DNA of 42,381 nucleotides from a virus, in the IMG/VR virus record IMGVR_UViG_3300031616_000002, one strand, 5' to 3'. Below the pieces are notes generated by a model, which searched no databases, was not told where the DNA came from, and saw only the letters and a program-made list of their open reading frames with translations. How positions within the stretch are numbered: the stretch's first letter is position 1; every line of letters starts with the position of its first letter. Positions 28,079-33,936 of this stretch are shown one piece after another. Made by a program: the position numbers and the translations under genes.

Positions 28079-28452
28079 TGGACGCTTCAACAATACAGAC
28101 AATTGTTGCGACTACGGGCGGCATGGGCGGTGTGGGCGGCATCATGGCGATGCTCAATCATCGAGCCGCTAAGCGCCAGATGAACAACGCTGCTAAGTTG
28201 TCGGTTGTGGAGATGGCTAAAGACTTCAACGAGATGGCGCTGGCGCTGCTTGATCCCCTGAGGAAAAGAGCAGATGAGGCCGAGTCTCAAGTTAAGGCTA
28301 TCGAAGGGCAACTTATACAAGTCAAGGAGGTTGTCGTGTCGCTGTCGGACACGAACCGCAAGGCGCTGGCCGAGCTTGACGAAATGCGCGTACAGCTGGC
28401 CATTCGCGATGCTGAGCTTACAGTTTATCGGCGTAGCGAGCCGCCGTCATGA
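28078..28452 (+). CDS. N-terminal TM plus coiled-coil protein
   Basis: TAATG coupling gives MDASTIQTIVATTGGMGGVGGIMAML...; track start 27880 is unlikely. Confidence 0.7.
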   Translation: MDASTIQTIVATTGGMGGVGGIMAMLNHRAAKRQMNNAAKLSVVEMAKDFNEMALALLDPLRKRADEAESQVKAIEGQLIQVKEVVVSLSDTNRKALAELDEMRVQLAIRDAELTVYRRSEPPS

Positions 28453-28664
28453 CGCGAGATGAAGCTAACGACCGTGTCGATGCGGTCAAGGCGGAGATGA
28501 ACGTGGCCTCGATTGCTATCCAGGAACGACTCCTCAGCACAGTGCGGAGTCTGGAAAAATTCTCCCTAGACTTCCAATCTTCTATCGAAGAACTTAAGCG
28601 AGTGGCGACTGACGCGGCTGAACGATTGCGAGAGAGCGAGAGATTCGATGACCATGGGGAGTGA
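28449..28664 (+). CDS. Small coiled-coil hypothetical protein
   Basis: ATGA overlap with previous gene. Confidence 0.6.
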   Translation: MTRDEANDRVDAVKAEMNVASIAIQERLLSTVRSLEKFSLDFQSSIEELKRVATDAAERLRESERFDDHGE

Positions 28665-29208
28665 GTCGGATGACGAGCGCGCCTCGGGACGTATCAGGGC
28701 CACTGCGGATACGGCGGCGGCGCACCTCAAGGCCACTGCCGACGCTGCCGCAGCGGAGCTTGCAGAGGTCGCCGAGGGCATGACGCGGCGTCTGGAGGTT
28801 GTCGCTGGCCTCGCCAACGAGGTGCGCGACCTCAACGCCAGCATGGAGCGCCTGAATGCGCAGGACGAGATCAACCAGCACCAGCTGAAGCGCAACAAGG
28901 TAGTAAACAAAGTGCTCTTGAGCGGCCTCTTGGTCTTTGCTGTCCTCATCGCGGGTATGGGCTTCGCCATCAACGGGAACATGGACACGAGCCAAAAACT
29001 CAAGGAGAGCGTCGCCGTCCAGAATCAGACGATCAATGATGTCCTCTGCCCGCTCTACTCGATCTTCCTGGACTCCTACAACCCGAAGCTGCAGCCGCCG
29101 TCTCACCTCGCGGTCTACGAGGCGCAGTTTGCGGTCATCCGGCACAGCTATGTGATTCTGAAGTGCGTTCCGGCCAGACCGGCACCGACGGCGTCGCCGA
29201 CACCGTAG
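28648..29208 (+). CDS. Single-TM membrane protein
   Basis: Coiled coil, TM VLLSGLLVFAVLIAGMGFAI, and a C-terminal Cys pair (VLCPLY...LKC). Confidence 0.7.
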   Translation: MTMGSESDDERASGRIRATADTAAAHLKATADAAAAELAEVAEGMTRRLEVVAGLANEVRDLNASMERLNAQDEINQHQLKRNKVVNKVLLSGLLVFAVLIAGMGFAINGNMDTSQKLKESVAVQNQTINDVLCPLYSIFLDSYNPKLQPPSHLAVYEAQFAVIRHSYVILKCVPARPAPTASPTP

Positions 29209-29220
29209 CGCGGACGCGGC

Positions 29221-29256
29221 GAGACCCCGGAGCGATAACCATCTTCCGGGGCCTCT
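29221..29256. terminator. Hairpin between convergent transcription units
   Basis: GAGACCCCGGA...TCCGGGGCCTC imperfect stem just after the late operon; weak U-tail. Confidence 0.5.
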
Positions 29257-29302
29257 GTATGACATAGCGTCAATGCCGTCGTTGTGCGCGCTAGCACATT
29301 TA

Positions 29303-29600
29303 AGAATGCAGGTCAGGCTAATCGATGCGAGCTACCACTGCTCCACCCCGGCATGGAGTGCCAGGGACCGGGTTCGAACCGGCGACCTCATCGTCGGAGC
29401 CCACATTCGGTCGATCTAGTACGCGACGGTAATACTGATTCTGGAGCGATAGTCTGAGCTTCGTGCGCTATCCCTTGTCGGGCTGCCTCTGCCAGTTGGG
29501 CTACCGGGGCACGGGTACCCCGGGCAGGACTCGAACCTGCACTTGTTTAGCGCGGTGAGCTTCAACTTCAACTTCAGCTTGCGCTCCATGCGTACCCTAC
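29303..29600 (-). ncRNA. Putative structured RNA with two circularly permuted tRNA-like domains
   Basis: Minus strand: T arm GCAGG-TTCGAGT-CCTGC, loop-closed acceptor CCGGGGT/GCCCCGG and D arm (29484-29542); T arm GCCGG-TTCGAAC-CCGGT, acceptor CCCTGGC/GCCGGGG and D arm GAGC-AGTGGTA-GCTC (29323-29393); nested closing stems. Confidence 0.8.
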
Positions 29601-29624
29601 CCTAAGGCAGGGAGATTGGGGGTA

Positions 29625-30356
29625 TCAGGCGAAGAGGTAGCCGAATACAACATCGCCGATGTGCTTGTCGGTCACCTCGGCGGCGTTCGCGCGCTCGCGA
29701 GCGAACTTGACTGCCTGGTGCAGCTTCTCGACGCGCTCGACGAGCTCGTTGACGCGCCTCGCCGGGAGGGCGCCGGAGAACTTCACCAGCGTCCAGTACC
29801 CGACGGTGATGTCCTCGGTGTAGACATCGACCTGTGCCGGGTGCTTCTCGGTGGCCTCGGCCTTGACGTGGTTCCGCATCACCTTGCGGGTGCGGTGGCT
29901 CTTCGTCGGCTCGGTCTTCCAGGTGTCGCTGGCCTCGTCGCGGTGCCAGGCCTCGGCGGGGTCCAGGACGGGGAGCTTCTTGACGAAGGTCGACAGGGAC
30001 ACCAGCTCCTTCTCCAGGAAGAGCAGGTAGGTCACGGGCACGCCGGTGATGAGCGTCTCGCCATCGACGATGATGTCGGCCTTGGCGGTGCAGTTCGCCC
30101 AGTCCTTCGTCGCGGTGACGTCGAACAGGCGCGTGAGTGTGGCTGCGGTGTCGGTCAGTACCTGCTCGGCCGTGACCTGGACGCGAAGCGACTCGGGGGG
30201 GAGTGTCTCACCCTCCTCGTCCTTCGGCTGGTAGGTGCGTGTCAGTCCAGCCAGCAGCTGGGGCTTCTGGACCTGGTGGTGTGCTGCCGTGAGGTTGGCG
30301 AAGGATGTGGCCTTCACGCCCTTCTCGATAGCGATGATCTGGTTGAGCTTGGTCAT
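29625..30356 (-). CDS. Hypothetical protein (243 aa), directly upstream of the double tRNA-like RNA
   Basis: GAAGGAG RBS, high GC3 codon usage, MTKLNQIIAIEKGVK...TYLLFLEKEL...FSGALPA...VKFARERAN; no function I can assign. Confidence 0.88.
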   Translation of the reverse strand: MTKLNQIIAIEKGVKATSFANLTAAHHQVQKPQLLAGLTRTYQPKDEEGETLPPESLRVQVTAEQVLTDTAATLTRLFDVTATKDWANCTAKADIIVDGETLITGVPVTYLLFLEKELVSLSTFVKKLPVLDPAEAWHRDEASDTWKTEPTKSHRTRKVMRNHVKAEATEKHPAQVDVYTEDITVGYWTLVKFSGALPARRVNELVERVEKLHQAVKFARERANAAEVTDKHIGDVVFGYLFA

Positions 30357-30377
30357 GCCCGCTCCTTCAAGTTGTGA

Positions 30378-30423
30378 GGAACAGTACCACTACTGGAGTC
30401 CGTTCGCTTCGTGCTACTGTTCC
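30378..30423. promoter_or_regulatory. Back-to-back extended -10 promoter candidates (inverted repeat)
   Basis: GGAACAGTACCAC (30378-30390) and GTGCTACTGTTCC (30411-30423) are 12/13 inverted; each reads TGn-TACTGT pointing outward. Confidence 0.6.
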
Positions 30424-30426
30424 GGT

Positions 30427-30475
30427 GGTGGTGTCGGAGCACAATCATGGAGTGGCTGGCTACTCCGACACCACC
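30427..30475 (+). other. 13-bp hairpin at the 5' end of the tRNA cluster
   Basis: GGTGGTGTCGGAG / CTCCGACACCACC perfect stem. Confidence 0.6.
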
Positions 30476-30480
30476 GTCTC

Positions 30481-30552
30481 AGGTCCCTAGCTCAGCGGTG
30501 GAGCATCTCCCTGATAAGGAGAAGGTCACTGGTTCAAATCCAGTGGGACCTA
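30481..30552 (+). tRNA. tRNA-Ile(GAT)
   Basis: Acceptor AGGTCCC/GGGACCT, D arm GCTC/GAGC, anticodon arm TCTCC-CTGATAA-GGAGA, T arm ACTGG-TTCAAAT-CCAGT; no encoded CCA. Confidence 0.92.
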
Positions 30553-30561
30553 CGAGGACGT

Positions 30562-30686
30562 CGTGGAACTACCGTGCCGGAGTGGCCAAACGGTCCGGTT
30601 GAGGGCGATGGTCCGCCCGAGACCGGCGTGACGCCTGCGCGGCCATGCGCACTCGTTAACCGTGGGTTCGAATCCCACCGGCCACG
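30562..30686 (+). ncRNA. Aberrant type-II tRNA-like RNA without a normal anticodon loop
   Basis: D arm GCCG-GAGTGGCCAAA-CGGT, T arm GTGGG-TTCGAAT-CCCAC, long variable arm; acceptor has a 5-nt bulge; anticodon stem CCGGT/ACCGG is extended by a GGGCG/CGCCC hairpin. Confidence 0.65.
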
Positions 30687-30697
30687 CGTCCTTTCCC

Positions 30698-30780
30698 GGA
30701 AGGTCTCCCATTGGAGAGGGAACCGGTCCCGAAAACCGGAGCGCTGCAAGGCGTTGGGGGTTCGAATCCCTCACCTTCCG
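30698..30780 (+). tRNA. tRNA-Ser(CGA), non-canonical (C8, C33)
   Basis: Acceptor GGAAGGT/ACCTTCC plus G73, anticodon arm CCGGT-CCCGAAA-ACCGG, long variable arm, T arm GGGGG-TTCGAAT-CCCTC. Confidence 0.8.
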
Positions 30781-30785
30781 CTCGA

Positions 30786-30857
30786 TCCCCGCTGGTGTAA
30801 GTGGCAGCACAGCCGCCCCTGGAGTGGCTAATCGAGGTTCGAGTCCTCGGCGGGGAG
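30786..30857 (+). tRNA. tRNA-Gln(CTG), C33 variant
   Basis: Acceptor TCCCCGC/GCGGGGA (U1-A72), anticodon arm GCCGC-CCCTGGA-GTGGC, T arm CGAGG-TTCGAGT-CCTCG. Confidence 0.85.
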
Positions 30858-30928
30858 CCCACTCTTGACGTCGATGCGGTTGTTGGATAGCTTCGATCCT
30901 GCACACCTCAGGATGCACTGTGCCCGTC

Positions 30929-30988
30929 GCACCCCCGCCTCACCGCCGTCCCTCCCCAAGGGCAGAGCGGTGGGGCGGGGGTGTTTTG
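30929..30988 (+). terminator. Intrinsic terminator of tRNA cluster
   Basis: 18-bp GC-rich stem (30929-30946 / 30967-30984) followed by TTT. Confidence 0.75.
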
Positions 30989-31049
30989 TCGTTTCCGGCA
31001 GGTCACATCATGATCAATAGACTTTACCTCTACTTGACCCTTTAGTCTG

Positions 31050-31078
31050 TTGCACACTTCAGGTGGAGTCGGTAGTGT
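31050..31078 (+). promoter_or_regulatory. Housekeeping-sigma promoter for the Y-RNA array and Ro60 gene
   Basis: TTGCAC-N17-TAGTGT; predicted start (~31085-31086) coincides with the first base of unit 1's closing stem. Confidence 0.75.
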
Positions 31079-31085
31079 CGTGCTT

Positions 31086-31171
31086 GTTCGGAGCTGCGAA
31101 GGACACCACGGCTACTTCACCCTTCTAAGATGATATGTCGCCGTATCGTTCAGAACTTGTTCTCTTCGGAC
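31086..31171 (+). ncRNA. Y-RNA-like unit 1 (short, no T/D arms)
   Basis: Terminal stem GTTCGGAG/CTTCGGAC; GCTGCGAAG, TACTTC, CTTGTTCT; loop CTTCTAA. Confidence 0.75.
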
Positions 31172-31190
31172 CTACTGAACAACTGATCTT

Positions 31191-31270
31191 GGTGCTTGCT
31201 GCGAAGGAAACCCCGGGTACTTCTTTTGGTGAAATCACCCCGGAACATTCCATACGAGTTCTCAGGCATC
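31191..31270 (+). ncRNA. Y-RNA-like unit 2 (short)
   Basis: Terminal stem GGTGCTTG/CAGGCATC; GCTGCGAAG, TACTTC, GAGTTCT; loop TTTTGGT. Confidence 0.75.
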
Positions 31271-31282
31271 GTACAACTGAAT

Positions 31283-31431
31283 GCAGCCCTAGCTGCGAAG
31301 ACCAGACATACTTCCCTATAAACCGGGGGTCGCGGGTTCAAGTCCCGTCAGCGGTGCGACTTCCGCTGTAACTCAGTTGGCTAGAGTACCGGTCCGAAAA
31401 AGAGTTTGGTCGACTCTGTTCTCTAGGGTGC
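31283..31431 (+). ncRNA. yrlA: Y RNA unit 3, YrlA-like with permuted tRNA domain
   Basis: Stem CCCTAG/CTAGGG; GCTGCGAAG, TACTTC; T arm GCGGG-TTCAAGT-CCCGT, loop-closed acceptor CAGCGG/CCGCTG, D arm ACTC-AGTTGGCTA-GAGT; CTGTTCT. Confidence 0.85.
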
Positions 31432-31578
31432 TCCATACTTCCCCGGCCGCGCGACACCCCCAGAGAGGCGCGCGCGTGGCCGGGGAACACCACGGGGGTC
31501 CGAACCGGCGGCTCGGCGACGGCCCCTCGGCGCACCGGTGACGCAGGGTGATCCGGTCCCGGTGCGCCATTAAGCTTC

Positions 31579-31714
31579 ATCATCCGCTGCGAAGACAAAC
31601 GCCTACTTCACTCACAATGGAAAAGACCCCGGTTCGAATCCGGGCCATCGACCTCGGTCGGCGGTAGCTCAGCGGCCTAGAGCATACGGCGCTGTTACCT
31701 TGTTCTCGGATGAT
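31579..31714 (+). ncRNA. yrlA: Y RNA unit 4, YrlA-like with permuted tRNA domain
   Basis: Stem ATCATCCG/CGGATGAT; GCTGCGAAG, TACTTC; anticodon-like TTCA-CTCACAA-TGGA, T arm CCCGG-TTCGAAT-CCGGG, acceptor CCATCGAC/GTCGGCGG, D arm GCTC/GAGC; CTTGTTCT. Confidence 0.85.
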
Positions 31715-31792
31715 AGACTTCCCCGGCTGCCTCAAACCCAGGGGTGGGGGCGGCGGTCGGGGAGGACCGGCCGATCAACAATCGAATAGCTT

Positions 31793-31873
31793 ATCTTCCG
31801 CTGCGAAGGCACCGTCGGGTTACTTCCTTGAAATGAAATACACCCGCAATCGCCGCACCTGTTCTCGGAAGGT
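31793..31873 (+). ncRNA. Y-RNA-like unit 5 (short)
   Basis: Stem ATCTTCCG/CGGAAGGT; GCTGCGAAG, TACTTC, CCTGTTCT; loop CTTGAAA. Confidence 0.75.
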
Positions 31874-31883
31874 ATTATGCAGC

Positions 31884-31998
31884 GATGTCCGCTGCGAAGG
31901 ATTACGGTTACTTCAGGTTCGATTCCTGGAGGCTCCACTAACCCGGGGCCTCCCGCGCCATGGGGCGCAACCCGTAAACCGCACCGTTCCCGGACGTC
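31884..31998 (+). ncRNA. Y RNA unit 6 with degenerate tRNA-like domain
   Basis: Stem GATGTCCG/CGGACGTC; GCTGCGAAG, TACTTC; T arm CAGG-TTCGATT-CCTG, stem GAGGCTCC/GGGGCCTC, GCGC/GCGC mini-arm; CCGTTCC. Confidence 0.75.
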
Positions 31999-32000
31999 AC

Positions 32001-32038
32001 GCAGAACCCCTTCCGCCGTGCCCTGGAAGGGGTTCTGC
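32001..32038 (+). promoter_or_regulatory. 14-bp hairpin sequestering the RBS of the TROVE gene
   Basis: GCAGAACCCCTTCC / GGAAGGGGTTCTGC, ending 1 nt before ATG 32040. Confidence 0.7.
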
Positions 32039-32039
32039 T

Positions 32040-33707
32040 ATGTCGAAGTTCAACGCCCCGAGCGCCCGCACGACCTATCCGCCGCGCGGCCCGAGCACCA
32101 CCACCGGCCGCACCACCACCTATGAGGGCGGCATCGCTTTCACCCGCGACACCATGTCCGAGCTGGCGCTCCTCGCCGTGACCAACATGGTCGGCGAGAA
32201 GACCTTCTACGAGTCGGCGGCGGACCGCGATGCCCGCTTCAACGGGCTGGTGCGCTCGGTCGCGGTGGGGTCCGGGGCGCAGGCGCTGGCCTTCGCGACC
32301 TGGCTGCGCGGCGAGGGCAACATGCGGTCGGCCTCGATCACCGCTGCGGCGGAAGGGGTCCTGGCGCGCTTGGCCCATGCCGCGAGCGGCCCGCAGGCCC
32401 TTCCGGAGCTGAACCCGGCGTCGGGGATCAACCGCAAGCTGACCGATGCGGTGCTGCAGCGCGCGGACGAGCCGGGTGAGCTGCTCGGCTACTTCGCCAC
32501 GCACTACGGTCAGCAGGGCGAGCGTGCGTGTAACGGTATCGCGCCCGCGCCGAGGATCCCGATGCCGGTCAAGCGCGGTGTCGCCGACGCGGTGCAGCGC
32601 CTGTACACCGAGCGCACCTACCTGAAGTGGAACTCGGCGGCATCGAAGGGCTTCCAGTTCGCCGACATCATCGAGATGGTGCACCCGAAGCCGCGTGACG
32701 CGCGGCAGGCTGCGCTCTTCAGCTACATCCTGGACCGTCGCCACGGCCGGGACCACAAGATCCCGGCGACGCTGCCACTGCTGCGCGCGCACGCCGATCT
32801 CATGCATGTCCCTGTAGCTGATCGGCGTGAGGTGCTGCGGCGGCCGGATGCGGCGGAGGTGCTGAACCGGGCTGGGATGACGTGGGAGTCTCTGGCCGGG
32901 TGGCTGCAGGGCCCGATGGATGCGGAGGCTTGGAGCGCGATCATCCCGAGTATGGGTGCGATGGCGCTCGTGCGGAACCTGCGGAACTTCGACGAGGCGG
33001 GTGTGCCGGATTCGGTGGCGGCGCTGGTCGCGGCGAAGCTGGCGGATCCGGAGGAGATCGCGCGGTCGCGTCAGTTCCCGTACCGCTACCTGTCGGCGTA
33101 CCGTATGGCGCCGTCGCTGCGGTGGGGGTATCCGCTGGAGCAGGCTCTTGCCCTGGCGTGCGCGAACATCCCGCTGCTGCCGGGCCGCACTCTGGTGCTG
33201 GTGGACACGTCGAGCTCGATGCGCGGCCAGGTTTCGGACAAGTCGCAGATCCGGCATGTCGATGTGGGGGCGCTCTTCGGTGTGGCCCTGGCGGCTCGCG
33301 GTGCGCAGGTCGATCTGGTCGGCTACGCGAACGGCACCTTCGTCCATCCGCTGGCGCGGGGCGGTTCGGTGCTGAAGCAGGCCGAGGACTTCACGAAGCG
33401 CATCGGCGAGGTGGGGCACGGTACGGAGACTGGCCTGTCGCTGCGGACGCGCTTTGCCAAGCATGACCGTGTCGTGGTGGTCACGGACGGGCAGGCCTTC
33501 CATGACTGGAGCGGCGTGTCCGTGTCGGACTCGATCCCGGCGGACGTTCCGATGTTCGGGGTGAACACCACGGGCTACGCCCAGACCTCCCTCGACTTGT
33601 CGCGGCGGAACCGGTACGAGATCGGCGGCTTCAGCGACAGGCTCTTCACGATGGTGGACCTGCTGTCGCGGGGCCGGGATGCCAAGTGGCCGTGGGAGGT
33701 TGAGTAG
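32040..33707 (+). CDS. rsr: Ro60-related TROVE plus vWA domain RNA-binding protein (555 aa)
   Basis: TTYEGG.AF, ELALLAVTN, TFYE, NMRS, RADEPGE, MALVRNLRN, SRQFPYRYLSAY; vWA MIDAS LVDTSSSM, GTET and VVVTDGQ; true start MSKFN at 32040, not 31710. Confidence 0.95.
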   Translation: MSKFNAPSARTTYPPRGPSTTTGRTTTYEGGIAFTRDTMSELALLAVTNMVGEKTFYESAADRDARFNGLVRSVAVGSGAQALAFATWLRGEGNMRSASITAAAEGVLARLAHAASGPQALPELNPASGINRKLTDAVLQRADEPGELLGYFATHYGQQGERACNGIAPAPRIPMPVKRGVADAVQRLYTERTYLKWNSAASKGFQFADIIEMVHPKPRDARQAALFSYILDRRHGRDHKIPATLPLLRAHADLMHVPVADRREVLRRPDAAEVLNRAGMTWESLAGWLQGPMDAEAWSAIIPSMGAMALVRNLRNFDEAGVPDSVAALVAAKLADPEEIARSRQFPYRYLSAYRMAPSLRWGYPLEQALALACANIPLLPGRTLVLVDTSSSMRGQVSDKSQIRHVDVGALFGVALAARGAQVDLVGYANGTFVHPLARGGSVLKQAEDFTKRIGEVGHGTETGLSLRTRFAKHDRVVVVTDGQAFHDWSGVSVSDSIPADVPMFGVNTTGYAQTSLDLSRRNRYEIGGFSDRLFTMVDLLSRGRDAKWPWEVE

Positions 33708-33725
33708 GCGTCAGGTAGAGTCGCC

Positions 33726-33765
33726 GCAGAAGGCCGTCAGCATAATGCTGGCGGCCTTCTGCATT
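33726..33765 (+). terminator. Hairpin after the TROVE gene
   Basis: GCAGAAGGCCGTCAGC / GCTGGCGGCCTTCTGC 16-bp stem. Confidence 0.7.
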
Positions 33766-33790
33766 CGCCGGGGCGGTGTTTGCGTGTACC

Positions 33791-33819
33791 TTGCGCGCAA
33801 CGTGATCATCGGTTAGGTT
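33791..33819 (+). promoter_or_regulatory. Putative promoter for early genes
   Basis: TTGCGC-N17-TAGGTT. Confidence 0.55.
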
Positions 33820-33936
33820 AAAGCCAACACCGATCAGCACAGGATCGGAGTTTGAGATAGCGGTGGCGTGACCCCATCTGCCTCGCCGCTGTGGCATTCC
33901 GCCGCCGCTATCTTCACACCGATGAAAGGAATACAC

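Noticed and set aside
29323-29542. Two ordinary minus-strand tRNA genes
   Set aside because: Arm order is T, acceptor, D with the acceptor closed by a loop and no anticodon loop, so they cannot be standard tRNAs
29616-30377. Plus-strand 253-aa ORF
   Set aside because: Antisense shadow of the minus-strand gene, which has the RBS and typical codon usage
30861-30928. Possible fifth degenerate tRNA after tRNA-Gln
   Set aside because: Only a TTCGAT fragment; I could not build a cloverleaf
30235-31598. ORFs such as 30235..30831, 30550..30918, 31135..31371 and 31338..31598
   Set aside because: They overlap tRNA and Y-RNA structures and lack an RBS or protein-like composition
31086-31998. CRISPR array interpretation of the GCTGCGAAG repeats (with the Cas4-like gene at 36300)
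   Set aside because: The repeat core is only 9 nt, spacing is irregular (91-294 nt), units fold as closed stems with tRNA arms, and there are no cas1/cas2 or effector genes; stand-alone Cas4-like nucleases are common in phages
31710-32039. N-terminal 110 aa of the 665-aa ORF in the track
   Set aside because: Overlaps Y units 5-6 and is not TROVE-like; the RBS and MSKFN start are at 32040
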